A stretch of DNA of 63,120 bases, filler included. It is 4 parts of 4 records of this genome, joined end to end, with 100 filler letters (N's around TTAATTAATTAA, not from the genome) between each part and the next. Parts side by side here need not be neighbours in the genome. Positions count along the whole stretch, not along the records: positions 7,585 to 24,707 come from SRR22947727_1043; positions 24,808 to 31,403 come from SRR22947727_1052; 2 more parts are not named here. The stretch is one strand, 5' to 3'. The notes beneath the pieces were generated by a model. The model did not search any database. It was not told where the DNA came from and saw only the letters and a list, made by a program, of their open reading frames with translations. Of this stretch, positions 20,741 to 31,503 are shown in pieces (position 1 is the stretch's first letter; every line of letters begins with the position of its first letter). A program made the position numbers and the translations under genes.

Positions 20741-22472
20741 TCATATCGATTTGCTTTATACATTTTTTAATGAATTTGCTGATAAATGTATCAAGAATAA
20801 TCATCTTGATGTTTTGAATAGAAGATCAATTAGTATTGATTTTTCATCAAAGTCGAGACAAGGGGACATTTCCTCTAATTTTTATTTAGTAGCAATTAAA
20901 AAAATTTTAGACAATGAATTTAATTTTAAAGATGAACTTATTGCAGGAGTTCACAGTCTACCGTTTATTGAAAAATGTGAAATTTCAAAAAAAGGATTTA
21001 TTAATATAAATATTAAGAAGAGGTTTCTAATAGATCAAATTGAATATCTGCTAACTCAGCAAAATCAATTTGGTAAATCGAATATTGGTGAGGGAAAAAA
21101 TGTAAATGTTGAATTTGTGTCCGCCAATCCAACAGGCCCTGTTACTGTAGCTCATATGCGTGGAGCGGTATTGGGCGATGTTATATCTTCTTTACTGACC
21201 AATACCGGTCATCACGTAACTAGAGAATATTATGTTAATAATGCAGGATCTCAAATTGATATATTAGGAAAATCTTTATTCAAAAGATATCTAGAGTTAC
21301 ACGGAGAGAAAATAGAATTAAATAGCGATGAATATCCAGGTGAATATCTAATTGATATTGCCAAATTAATTGAAAAAAAAGATGGAGATAAATGGCTTAA
21401 TTATGACTCCAGTCAAAGAGAAGATCATTTTAAAGAGTTTGCCGTTAAGTATTTGATAGAATTTATTGAGCAGGATTTGAAGTTATTAAATATTAAGTTT
21501 GATAAATTTTCTTTTGAGTCAGATATTGTTAATAGCAATATTATTAACGATTTATTTGAGATACTAGATAAAAATAATTTACTTTATAACGGCGTTCTTG
21601 AAAAACCCAAAGGGGATGATTCTGAAGAATGGGAACCAAGAGAACAATTACTTTTTAAATCATCTGCAATACTTGATGATCAAGACCGAGCATTTAAAAA
21701 ATCCAACGGTGAATGGACATATTTTGCTAATGATGCGGCGTACCATCTTGATAAATATAATAGAAAATTTGATCAGTTAATTAATATATGGGGCGCAGAT
21801 CATGTGGGGTATATTCCGCGTATGAAATCTGTATTAAAAACAATCTCTAATAAAGATGATTATCTTGAAATAGTAACATGTCAAATAGTACGACTCATCA
21901 AGAATAATCAAATATTAAAAATGTCAAAAAGAGAAGGAAATTTTATTACATTGCAAGAGGTGTATGATCAGGTTGGTAAAGACCCTCTTAGATACTTTAT
22001 GGTAGCAACGAAAAGTGAAACTTCGATGGATTTTGATTTAAATAAAGTAATTGAAAAAAATAAAGACAATCCCGTTTTTTATTGTCAATATGCCTATGCA
22101 AGGGCATCCTCAGTAATCAACAAAGCAGGAGACTTAGGTATTAATATAAAATCATTTAACAATTTTAGTGAAATATCTCATCATTTGACAGAGGATGAAA
22201 TAGAAATAATTTTAAAATTATTATCATATCCATATATTGTGAAATTAGCCTCTATTGCAAGAGAACCTCATCGACTCACTATCTTTATTGAAGATGTATC
22301 AGCTTCTTTTCATTCCTTTTGGAATAAAGGGAAAGAAAATGAGTCTCTTCGATTTATAGATGAGAAAGATGTAATAAAGACTCAAGCTAAATTAATCTGG
22401 TTGCAATCGATGAGAATAGTTTTTGAAAATATATTTAATATTATTGGTATTGATTATCACGAAACTATGTAA
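20733..22472 (+). CDS. argS: Arginyl-tRNA synthetase
   Basis: VEFVSANPTGP, WGADH, KMSKR, NPVFYCQYA; start likely 20733. Confidence 0.96.
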   Translation: MNNHIDLLYTFFNEFADKCIKNNHLDVLNRRSISIDFSSKSRQGDISSNFYLVAIKKILDNEFNFKDELIAGVHSLPFIEKCEISKKGFININIKKRFLIDQIEYLLTQQNQFGKSNIGEGKNVNVEFVSANPTGPVTVAHMRGAVLGDVISSLLTNTGHHVTREYYVNNAGSQIDILGKSLFKRYLELHGEKIELNSDEYPGEYLIDIAKLIEKKDGDKWLNYDSSQREDHFKEFAVKYLIEFIEQDLKLLNIKFDKFSFESDIVNSNIINDLFEILDKNNLLYNGVLEKPKGDDSEEWEPREQLLFKSSAILDDQDRAFKKSNGEWTYFANDAAYHLDKYNRKFDQLINIWGADHVGYIPRMKSVLKTISNKDDYLEIVTCQIVRLIKNNQILKMSKREGNFITLQEVYDQVGKDPLRYFMVATKSETSMDFDLNKVIEKNKDNPVFYCQYAYARASSVINKAGDLGINIKSFNNFSEISHHLTEDEIEIILKLLSYPYIVKLASIAREPHRLTIFIEDVSASFHSFWNKGKENESLRFIDEKDVIKTQAKLIWLQSMRIVFENIFNIIGIDYHETM

Positions 22473-22990
22473 TGAATGCAAGGCCTTTATTTAAGAAAAG
22501 AAAATCATATAGAAAGATAATTATTCCTTTATCTTTACTGTTAATTCTTTTTATTTTTCTTTATTTTTTTATTTTTATAAACGAAAAAGAATTTATTGTT
22601 ATCCCAGAAAATACTGATGTTTTTTATATTATCCCTGAAGATAGAGGAGGGGAAAAAGTACCAAATCTTGATAAGAAAAGTCTTAATACTATTACACAAG
22701 ACATTATTGAAGATATCATTAAAAAACCTGATGATTTATTATTTAGCATTCAGTTTTTTACAGATAGTGAGATGAACAATGTTAATCAATATTTACAAAA
22801 AATAACAAATTTTGAGGAAACAATATATAGCATCGATGATTTTTATATTTTAGCTTTGACATCAGAGATAGGAATTGAATATTTTTTACTATATAAAAAT
22901 TTTACAACGCGATTAGAAGCTACAACTTATTGTACTAAATTTTTGCCTAAAATAGATAATTGTTTAATCGTCGATACGACGAAATTTTAG
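22472..22990 (+). CDS. Single-pass membrane protein, probable degenerate SPOR-domain protein
   Basis: N-terminal TM; IIPEDRGGEKV; C-terminal FSIQF...YCTKF...CLIV; position after argS. Confidence 0.5.
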   Translation: MNARPLFKKRKSYRKIIIPLSLLLILFIFLYFFIFINEKEFIVIPENTDVFYIIPEDRGGEKVPNLDKKSLNTITQDIIEDIIKKPDDLLFSIQFFTDSEMNNVNQYLQKITNFEETIYSIDDFYILALTSEIGIEYFLLYKNFTTRLEATTYCTKFLPKIDNCLIVDTTKF

Positions 22991-23026
22991 ATTAGCCAGA
23001 ATCACAAAAAATTATTATAAGAAAAT

Positions 23027-23797
23027 ATGCTTGATATTACTAATGACATTGAAAATTCTGCTCCTTCAAAGCAATTTAATATTTCTCTTAATGCTTATGA
23101 AGGTCCTATTGACTTACTTTTAGAATTGGCAAGAAAGCAAAAAGTTGATTTATCTGAAATATCTATTCTCGAATTAGCCGAGCAATACATCCGTTTTATT
23201 AATGAATATCAAGACATTCATCTAGAAATAGCTGCTGATTATCTTGTTATGGCAGCATGGTTAACATATCTCAAATCACGCTTACTTCTTCCAAAAGAAG
23301 AGAAATCAGAAGATCATACTCCTGAAGAGTTAGAAGAGGCTTTAAAGTATCAATTACAACGCTTAGAAGCATTCCAGTCTGCTTCCAAAAAATTATACAA
23401 ACGTCCATTAATTGGAAGAGATATATTTTATGGTGGTTCTTCTGAGGGCTTAAAAGTAAAGTATAATATTACCTATTCATCCACTCTGTTTGATCTATTG
23501 CGAGCGTATTCAACTATTATTCAACAAGATGAAAAACCAAGTCATTTAACTATAGCTTTTTCCGAATTATACTCGGTTGATAAGGCAATCCAAAGATTAA
23601 AGAATATTTTTGGTGAGGTAACAGAATGGACAAATTTTTTATCTTTAATTCCTAAAATGAATAGTAATAAGATCGTAAATAAATCTATTTTATCATCTAA
23701 TTTTGTTGCATCATTAGAGTTAGCTAAAAACGGTTTTATTGATGTAAAACAGAATAGTGTATTTGGTAATATTTTTGTTAAATTGAAAAAATCATGA
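23027..23797 (+). CDS. scpA: Segregation and condensation protein A
   Basis: YEGPIDLLL, AADYLVMAAWLTYLKSRLLLP. Confidence 0.93.
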   Translation: MLDITNDIENSAPSKQFNISLNAYEGPIDLLLELARKQKVDLSEISILELAEQYIRFINEYQDIHLEIAADYLVMAAWLTYLKSRLLLPKEEKSEDHTPEELEEALKYQLQRLEAFQSASKKLYKRPLIGRDIFYGGSSEGLKVKYNITYSSTLFDLLRAYSTIIQQDEKPSHLTIAFSELYSVDKAIQRLKNIFGEVTEWTNFLSLIPKMNSNKIVNKSILSSNFVASLELAKNGFIDVKQNSVFGNIFVKLKKS

Positions 23798-24432
23798 GCA
23801 CAAATAGAGATACAAAAATTTTAGAAGCTATTTTATTTGCTTCTGGCTCACCCGTTCTAGAGGATGATTTAAAAGACAAAATAATTAATAAAAAAGATTT
23901 CAAGCAAGAGATGGACAATCTGAAAGAATTTTACAAGGATAGAGGTATCAATTTAATCAAGACGGGAAATAAATGGTCTTTTCGAACAGCTGAATCAATT
24001 AAAGATGACCTAACAATTTTTAAAACACAAAAAAGAAAACTATCGAGAGCTGCTATAGAAACATTATCCATTATCGCTTACCAACAACCTATTACTAGAT
24101 CTGAAATTGAAAATATACGAGGGGTGCAAATGGGAAGAGGGTCAATTGATCATCTAATGGAAATAGGATGGATTAAACCATCGGGTAGAAAAAATATTCC
24201 AGGCAAGCCTGCTTTGTGGGTTACCACTGAATTATTTATGGAGCATTTTGGTATAGAAAAAATATCTGACTTACCTAATAAAGATGAACTTAAAGCAAGT
24301 GGCTTCTTAGAAAAAAGATCTGCCATTGCCACTATTACTGATATTGCAGGTAAAAATGACTTAATTGAAGAACAAGACCTTGAAGAAGAAGAAACTTTAG
24401 ATGATTTTATTCCTGAGGAAAACTCAACTTAA
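23794..24432 (+). CDS. scpB: Segregation and condensation protein B
   Basis: LEAILFA, LSRAAIETLSIIAYQQPITRSEIENIRGV. Confidence 0.95.
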   Translation: MSTNRDTKILEAILFASGSPVLEDDLKDKIINKKDFKQEMDNLKEFYKDRGINLIKTGNKWSFRTAESIKDDLTIFKTQKRKLSRAAIETLSIIAYQQPITRSEIENIRGVQMGRGSIDHLMEIGWIKPSGRKNIPGKPALWVTTELFMEHFGIEKISDLPNKDELKASGFLEKRSAIATITDIAGKNDLIEEQDLEEEETLDDFIPEENST

Positions 24433-24512
24433 TAATTCATAGTATTATTTAATATTATTATTTAATATTTTTATAATTAGTTAAATCATTAACTGCCTAA
24501 ATTAACGGCGGT

Positions 24513-24707
24513 ATGATAAAAAAAATCAGTAATTTGATTAACTCTAGTTATGTTTTATTTATAGCATTTCTAATTTTAATTTTTTCAAATCTATTATTTA
24601 ATAAAGCAGAAGCTACTCCAACATTTGTTAGTGACACTTCTATAAGCTCTCAAGAGAGCTCACCTGATGCAATAGCATTTAATAATGATGGAACAAAAAT
24701 GTTTATT
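24513..24707 (+). CDS. N-terminal fragment of a secreted/surface protein with beta-propeller-like repeat
   Basis: Signal peptide ending AEA, then SSQESSPDAIAFNNDGTKMFI; cut by contig end. Confidence 0.6.
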
Positions 24708-24807
24708 NNNNNNNNNNNNNNNNNNNNNNNNNNNNNNNNNNNNNNNNNNNNTTAATTAATTAANNNNNNNNNNNNNNNNNNNNNNNNNNNNNNNNNNNNN
24801 NNNNNNN
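24708..24807. other. Artificial contig spacer
   Basis: 44 N + TTAATTAATTAA + 44 N. Confidence 0.99.
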
Positions 24808-25623
24808 AAAAATTTTTTTAATAAAAGTGGTGGCGACGGAAGACTTGCAGGTTTATTTGATGATGAATTAATAATTGGTAGTTTTTTATCAAGAAATTTA
24901 CCTTTACTATTTTTTTTATTCTTAAATGTTAATCAAAATTTAAATAGAAATCAATTAATTTACTTTATTCCAATTATTATGCTTTCTTGTATTACAATTG
25001 TTTTTTCAGGTGAGAGAACAGCATTTATGATTCTGTTGATAATTTTTTCTATTTACTTTATTTTCTTATTTAAATTTTATTTTTTTAAATTTTATAAAAT
25101 TATATTAATTTTCTTTTCTTTTTCAATTATACTTTTTGCAATGCCATTTATTACTTTTGATAATACTCAAAAAAGAATGACTCAAGACTTGAGTAGTCAT
25201 TTTTCTTTGAATGTAGATGATAGTGTCTATTTTTCTCTATTTAATACTTCTTATTTAATGTTTCTAGATAAACCTTTAATAGGCCATGGAACTAAAATGT
25301 TTCGAAAAAAATGTGAGGACTTTAAAAAAAATAACTATGGTTGTAATACACATCCTCACAATACTTACGCCCAAATTCTTTCTGAAACTGGTATAGTTGG
25401 CTTCTTTTTTATATTTTCGTTATTTTTATATATTTGTTTCAAAATACTTAAAATTTTTTTTAAAAAAAAAATATCTTATATAGACTGGCAAAAATTATCA
25501 TTATTAATATGTTTTTTTATCACTACATCACCAATAATCCTCTCAGGTAATTTTTTTAATAACTGGCTTTGTGTAATATACTTTTTGCCTATTGGTTTTT
25601 ATTTAAATCTATCAAAAAAATAA
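24808..25623 (+). CDS. O-antigen ligase/polymerase family membrane protein (5'-truncated)
   Basis: Frame open from contig start (GRLAGLFDDELIIGSFL), SGERTA, GHGTKMFR, CNTHPHN, SETGIVG. Confidence 0.85.
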   Translation, partial: KNFFNKSGGDGRLAGLFDDELIIGSFLSRNLPLLFFLFLNVNQNLNRNQLIYFIPIIMLSCITIVFSGERTAFMILLIIFSIYFIFLFKFYFFKFYKIILIFFSFSIILFAMPFITFDNTQKRMTQDLSSHFSLNVDDSVYFSLFNTSYLMFLDKPLIGHGTKMFRKKCEDFKKNNYGCNTHPHNTYAQILSETGIVGFFFIFSLFLYICFKILKIFFKKKISYIDWQKLSLLICFFITTSPIILSGNFFNNWLCVIYFLPIGFYLNLSKK

Positions 25624-25662
25624 TTTTATATACATATACGGGTCATTTATTATAAATATATT

Positions 25663-26658
25663 ATGAATATTTTAGTTACAGGTTATGCTGGTTTTATAGG
25701 CTCGCAATTAGTTAAAAAGTTGCTGACTGACTTAAAAATTAGCAAAATATATTGTATTGATAATTTTAATTCTTATTACGATAAGAATTTAAAAAATAAT
25801 AGAGTCAAAGATTTAAAATTAATAGATTTTAACAATAAGTTAGTTGAATATAAAGTAGATATTAGTAATTTAACTGAACTTAAAAAAATCTTTAAAAAAA
25901 ATTCTTTTGATGCTGTAATTCATTTAGCTGCTCAAGCGGGTATACGTTACTCTTTTATAAATCCAAAATCATATATTCAGTCAAATATTATTGGTTTTTT
26001 TAATATTTTAGAGTTAATCAAAATTTATCAGATTCCTAAATTAATTTATGCTAGTACCTCAAGTGCCTATGGCAATGAAGTTAAAACTCCTTTTAAGGAA
26101 ATGGATATGAATAATCGTCCTTTACAATTATATGCTGCTACTAAAATTAGTAATGAGGTTATGGCTCATGCATATAGTAGCCTTTATGGTTTCACTGCAA
26201 TTGGATTGCGATTTTTTACTGTTTACGGTCCTTGGGGAAGGCCTGATATGGCTATATATAAATTTACAAACTTAATTTACAATCAAAAAAAAGTTGAATT
26301 GTATGGTGAAGGAAAAATGTTAAGAGACTGTACTTATATTGATGATATTGTTCTAGGTATTATTAAAACCTTAAAAAAGAAAAAAATTAAATTTGCTAAC
26401 TGTAAAAATACAGATCATAATATTTACAATATTGGCTATGGTGAACCAACTTCAGTGAAAACTATATTAAAAAAAATTGAAAATAATATTGGTAATAGAG
26501 CTTTACTTATAACTTCTCCAAAGCACATCTCAGAAATGAAAAAAACTTACTGTTCAACAGTAAAATTTAGCAAAGAGTTTAATTTCAAGCCAAAAATTAA
26601 AATAAACGAAGGTTTAAAAAAATTTAATGACTGGTATATTTCTTACCATTCAAAATAA
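25663..26658 (+). CDS. UDP-glucuronate 4-epimerase-like NDP-sugar epimerase
   Basis: TGYAGFIG, HLAAQAGIRYS, YAATK, RFFTVYGPWGRPDMA. Confidence 0.88.
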   Translation: MNILVTGYAGFIGSQLVKKLLTDLKISKIYCIDNFNSYYDKNLKNNRVKDLKLIDFNNKLVEYKVDISNLTELKKIFKKNSFDAVIHLAAQAGIRYSFINPKSYIQSNIIGFFNILELIKIYQIPKLIYASTSSAYGNEVKTPFKEMDMNNRPLQLYAATKISNEVMAHAYSSLYGFTAIGLRFFTVYGPWGRPDMAIYKFTNLIYNQKKVELYGEGKMLRDCTYIDDIVLGIIKTLKKKKIKFANCKNTDHNIYNIGYGEPTSVKTILKKIENNIGNRALLITSPKHISEMKKTYCSTVKFSKEFNFKPKIKINEGLKKFNDWYISYHSK

Positions 26659-26667
26659 TCATATATA

Positions 26668-27558
26668 ATGGCTACTAAAAAATTATTAAATATTTCTGAC
26701 TTAACTAGATCTGATTTTGATGATATTTTAAATAATTCTAAAAATCTTGCTAGTGATAACTCTGATATTTTAGGTAATAAATGTATTGGACTTATATTTG
26801 AAAAATATTCTACGAGAACCAGAATATCTTTTCAAGTTGGAATAAGGCAATTAGGTGGAAATCCAATAGATATTCGTTTTGAAGATTTAAATATACAAAG
26901 AGTTGAATCTTTCGAAGATACTTTTGAAATATTTGGATGCTATTTAGATGCTTTAATATATAGAACTTCTAATCATGATAAATTAATCACTGCCTATGAT
27001 TATTTCAAAAAACCTTTAATAAATGCTCTTTCTGACAAGTCTCATCCTTGCCAAATTATTTCTGATTTTTATACAATTAAAAATCATTTCAAAACATTTG
27101 AAAATATTGTAATCAGTTGGTTTGGTGACATGAATAATGTTTTATTTAGTTATTTTGAAGCTGCTAAATTATATCCCGAAATCACAATTAATGTTTTTAC
27201 CGATGAGGGCATATATAAAAAAAATATTGGTGACTTTCCAATTTCTAATAATATTAATTATTACTTTGATCTTAATGAAAAAGTAATTTCTAATTCAGAC
27301 TGTATAATGACCGATGTGTTTACTTCAATGAACGATGACAATCAACAAATTAAAGATAAAATTCTAAGTAAATATCAAGTAAACAATGAAATTATGTCTA
27401 TTACAAAACCTAACTCTGTATTTATGCATTGTTTGCCAGCTAATATTAACTCTGAAGTAACTCAGGAAGTTTTAGGTCATTCAAAATCAATTACTTTAAT
27501 TCAAGCCAAAAATAGACTCATAGCTCAAAAAGGTATTTTAAAGTGGTTAAATATTTAA
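26668..27558 (+). CDS. argF: Ornithine carbamoyltransferase
   Basis: STRTRISF, HPCQ, GDMNNV, MHCLPA. Confidence 0.88.
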   Translation: MATKKLLNISDLTRSDFDDILNNSKNLASDNSDILGNKCIGLIFEKYSTRTRISFQVGIRQLGGNPIDIRFEDLNIQRVESFEDTFEIFGCYLDALIYRTSNHDKLITAYDYFKKPLINALSDKSHPCQIISDFYTIKNHFKTFENIVISWFGDMNNVLFSYFEAAKLYPEITINVFTDEGIYKKNIGDFPISNNINYYFDLNEKVISNSDCIMTDVFTSMNDDNQQIKDKILSKYQVNNEIMSITKPNSVFMHCLPANINSEVTQEVLGHSKSITLIQAKNRLIAQKGILKWLNI

Positions 27559-28031
27559 CTCTTTTAATTTTTTTCTTTTTGATATCGGGTTGTCAAAATC
27601 AAATAACTGTAATTGAAAAATACGAGCCTCTTTACAGAGAAATTAAGATAAATACTGCTGAAAAAAAAACTAACCTTATAGCGAGCATTAATGGTAAGCA
27701 TGACAAAACTTTATTAAAACTACTTAAAAATTGGACTGATAATGATATTAAAACTAATGGTTTTGAAGGTCTTCTCACAATTGACTTAGTATCTATTTCT
27801 ACATCTGAGTTAATGATTAATGATGGTGTCAGAATTGAAATGAAACTAGAAGTAGACTTTATAATTACAAAGAAAATAATTGTTAAGAAGAGATTAATAA
27901 AATTTAAAGGAGAAGAATTTGTTGAGATTACAGGTGATTACTCTTTAAATGACAAAGAAATTCAAATTAATAATATTGCAAAAAAAATAGTTGAAAGATT
28001 AAGTATTAAATTATTTGAAGAATTAAATTAA
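27543..28031 (+). CDS. Putative lipoprotein
   Basis: Lipobox LISG-C after a hydrophobic stretch. Confidence 0.6.
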   Translation: MVKYLTLLIFFFLISGCQNQITVIEKYEPLYREIKINTAEKKTNLIASINGKHDKTLLKLLKNWTDNDIKTNGFEGLLTIDLVSISTSELMINDGVRIEMKLEVDFIITKKIIVKKRLIKFKGEEFVEITGDYSLNDKEIQINNIAKKIVERLSIKLFEELN

Positions 28032-29476
28032 TTTTTCCAATAAAATGGTGATAAAAGTATAAGTAGGGTTAATATCTCCAATCTCCCAAAAAGCATTCCT
28101 AAAGCCAGAACATACTTAGAATAGTTGGACATGCTGCTAAAATTCCCCTCAGGACCAATAATTTCCCCTAAGCCAGGCCCCACATTGGATATTGATGTAG
28201 CAGCTGCCGATAAACAAGTTATCAAATCATAACCACTAAAAGACAATAGTAATGAAATTAAAACAAAAGATAGAATGTACAAATAAAAAAAACTCGTTAC
28301 AGAGTCAAAACTTGCTTCTGGAATAGTTTTACCATTAAATTTTGAGGGAAATACGCCATGAGGTTTTATTAATTTTTTAATATGATTTTTTACTGCAAGA
28401 TATAAAATTTGAAATCTAAAAATTTTTAATCCACCAGTTGTGGACCCAGCACAACCTCCGATAAACATTATTAATAAAAATAGCACTGATGAGTAATTCC
28501 CCCAATTTTCAAAATTCTCACTCACATAACCCGTACCGGTAATTATAGAAATGGAATTAAAAGATATCGATAGTATTTTATTACCTGCTGAGCCAATTAT
28601 ACTATCACCGATGATAAAATATAAAGAAATAACAAGTCCAGTAATTATTAATATAAATAATCTAATCTGTTGATCTTTAAAAAGTATAAATGGATTTTTA
28701 TACGATACTTGAGCTAATAATATAAAAGGAAAACTTCCAATTATCATGAATATTATCGATGTTAATAATATTTTATTACTATTAAAAAATGCTAATGATT
28801 CATTGTGTGTTGAAAATCCACCAGTCGATATGGTTGTAAAGCCATGAGTAATTGCATCAAATAAACTCATCCCAAAATAAAAATAAGAAATAATACAAGT
28901 AATTGTTAAGCTGATATATATAAAAAAGATTTTTGAAACTACAGATGTTATTCTTGGTAAGAATTTTTCATAAGGATCATCGCCTTCCATATGAAATAGC
29001 TGCATACCTCCCACTTTTAAAAATGGTAAAACTGAAATAGCTAAGACTATTATACCTATTCCCCCTAACCACTGTAACAAAGCTCTCCAAATCAGAACAC
29101 CTTTGGGTTGCATATCTAAATCATTAATGATTGTTGATCCTGTTGTGGTAATCCCACTCATGGATTCAAATAAAGCATTAGTAAAGGTCAGGTTTGTTTT
29201 GGCAAACATAAAAGGTATCGAGCAAATTAAAGCCATTACAATCCATGATATGCCAGTCAAGAAAAAAGCCCCTTTCAAATTTAATTTCATCTCCGTATCT
29301 TTATTGATGATAATGAGAGAACCACCCACGACTAAATAAACTATCAATGGAGCTGCGTAAGCTTGCCATTGATCAGTCTTGTAAATAATTTCAGTTATTA
29401 GAGGAATACTTAAAAAAAATCCTGTTGTGCATATAAGAAAACCTAGTACCAAAGATATTGGCTTGAAATCAAACAT
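28028..29476 (-). CDS. trkH: Trk potassium uptake membrane protein
   Basis: FESMSGITTTG, QWLGGIG, STGGFS, GGCAGSTTGG, GRLE. Confidence 0.95.
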   Translation of the reverse strand: MFDFKPISLVLGFLICTTGFFLSIPLITEIIYKTDQWQAYAAPLIVYLVVGGSLIIINKDTEMKLNLKGAFFLTGISWIVMALICSIPFMFAKTNLTFTNALFESMSGITTTGSTIINDLDMQPKGVLIWRALLQWLGGIGIIVLAISVLPFLKVGGMQLFHMEGDDPYEKFLPRITSVVSKIFFIYISLTITCIISYFYFGMSLFDAITHGFTTISTGGFSTHNESLAFFNSNKILLTSIIFMIIGSFPFILLAQVSYKNPFILFKDQQIRLFILIITGLVISLYFIIGDSIIGSAGNKILSISFNSISIITGTGYVSENFENWGNYSSVLFLLIMFIGGCAGSTTGGLKIFRFQILYLAVKNHIKKLIKPHGVFPSKFNGKTIPEASFDSVTSFFYLYILSFVLISLLLSFSGYDLITCLSAAATSISNVGPGLGEIIGPEGNFSSMSNYSKYVLALGMLFGRLEILTLLILLSPFYWKN

Positions 29477-29491
29477 TTAATTTAATGTAAA

Positions 29492-29884
29492 TTAGTGAAT
29501 TTTCTTTTTTTCATAAGGACTATCAAGAGAAAAAGTAGGAATATCTATTTTTATTTTTTCCCCACTATTAGCTGACATTGAATAATAGCCTTGCATAATG
29601 CCACTCGTTGTCTTTAAGGGAGTGCCACTTGTGTATTCAAAAGTTTCGCCAGGTTTAATAATTGGAGTTTCTCCAACAACCCCATCACCTTGTACTTGAA
29701 GAACTCTTCCGTTACCGTCAATAATTATCCAAGTTCTTTGATGTAAATGGAGAATATCAGAACCTTTGTTATCAATATTAACTTTATAAGCCCAAACATA
29801 ATGATTATCATTGGGTGATGACTGATCATCTAAAAAATAAGGATTGACTGTTACGGTTACCCCGTTTGTAGTTTTCGAATACAT
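29492..29884 (-). CDS. apaG: ApaG
   Basis: GDGVVGETP, FEYTSGTPL, IPTFSLDSP. Confidence 0.95.
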   Translation of the reverse strand: MYSKTTNGVTVTVNPYFLDDQSSPNDNHYVWAYKVNIDNKGSDILHLHQRTWIIIDGNGRVLQVQGDGVVGETPIIKPGETFEYTSGTPLKTTSGIMQGYYSMSANSGEKIKIDIPTFSLDSPYEKKKIH

Positions 29885-29932
29885 CTCTGATGACTATATA
29901 TTAATTGCCATCAGAGAAAAACGATTAATTAT

Positions 29933-31403
29933 TTAAAATAAGCCTTGAATTAAACCATCGTCATCAAGCATAATGCTATTTGCACTTGGAACTCTTGGAA
30001 GGCCTGGCATTGTCATAATCTCACCGGTTACAACAACAATAAATCCGGCTCCCGCTGATAATCTAACTTCTCTGACAGGAACAGTGAAGCCTCTAGGAGC
30101 TCCTCTAAGGACAGGGTTAGTAGAAAAACTATATTGAGTTTTAGCTATACATATTGGAAGTTTACCATACCCACTATCTTCAAAAGTTTTTAATTGATCC
30201 ATTACTTTTTTATCAACCGTAATATCATCAGCACGGTAAATATTTTTTGCTACCGTTCTAATTTTTTCTAAAAGAGGAATATCATCTTCATATTGGTAAT
30301 GAAATTGAGAAACATCACTTGCTTCAGCTACTCTTACAACTTCTTCTGCTAATTCTATTGTTCCTTCACTTCCATTAGCCCAATGTGAACACATGATAGC
30401 TTTCACATCAATCTTCTCACACCCATCTTTAATGATTTTACCTTCAGCTTCTGTATCTAAAGTGAAACTATTAATTGCAACAATAGGTTGAAGCCCAAAA
30501 GATTTTATATTTTCAATATGTTGCTCGAGATTAGCGAAGCCACCGCGAACAGCTTCAACGTTTTCTTTATTAAGTTCTGCTTTTTCAACACCACCGTGTG
30601 ATTTTAGAGCTCTTACAGTTGCTACTATGACAACCGCGTTTGGAACTAGTCCTGCTTTTCGACATTTAATATCTAAAAACTTTTCCGCACCTAAATCAGC
30701 ACCAAAACCAGCTTCAGTTACAACATAGTCGGCAAGTTTTAATGCTGTTGTAGTCGCAATAACTGTATTACATCCGTGAGCAATATTAGCGAATGGACCG
30801 CCATGAATAATGGCAGGATTATTTTCAAGAGTTTGAACTAAATTAGGCATAAGAGCATTTTTTAACAAGACAGTCATCGGGCCATCTGCTTTCACATCTC
30901 TTGCATAAATCGCAGTCTTATCTCTTTTATAAGCAACAATTATATCGCCAATTCTTTTTTGAAGATCTTTAATGTCTGTTGCAAGACAAAAGATTGCCAT
31001 AATTTCACTAGCAACTGTAATATCAAATTTATCTTCTCTAGGAAAACCATTAGAAATTCCACCAAGGTTAACATTAACTTTTCTCAGTGAGCGATCTCCT
31101 AAATCCACAACTCTTCCCCAGGTGATACGTCTTTGATCAATTTCTAAATCATTGCCCCAATAAATATGATTGTCTATCAGAGAAGATAATAAATTATGTG
31201 CAGAAGTAATTGCATGAAAGTCTCCAGTAAAATGCAAATTAATTTCTTCCATTGGCACGACTTGAGCGTAACCACCGCCAGCAGCTCCACCTTTCATTCC
31301 AAAACATGGGCCTAAACTAGGCTCTCTTAAAGCTACTATAGATTTTTTACCAATCTTATTTAAACCATCGCTCAAACCAACTGAAGTAGTAGTTTTACCT
31401 TCA
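29933..31403 (-). CDS. fhs: Formate-tetrahydrofolate ligase (5'-truncated)
   Basis: [10 protein letters not shown] at contig edge, [44 protein letters not shown]. Confidence 0.97.
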
Positions 31404-31503
31404 NNNNNNNNNNNNNNNNNNNNNNNNNNNNNNNNNNNNNNNNNNNNTTAATTAATTAANNNNNNNNNNNNNNNNNNNNNNNNNNNNNNNNNNNNNNNNN
31501 NNN
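31404..31503. other. Artificial contig spacer
   Basis: 44 N + TTAATTAATTAA + 44 N. Confidence 0.99.

Noticed and set aside
7485-31503. TTAATTAATTAA palindrome occurring three times inside N runs
   Set aside because: Assembly spacer with stops in all frames, not biological. Adjacency across it carries no information.
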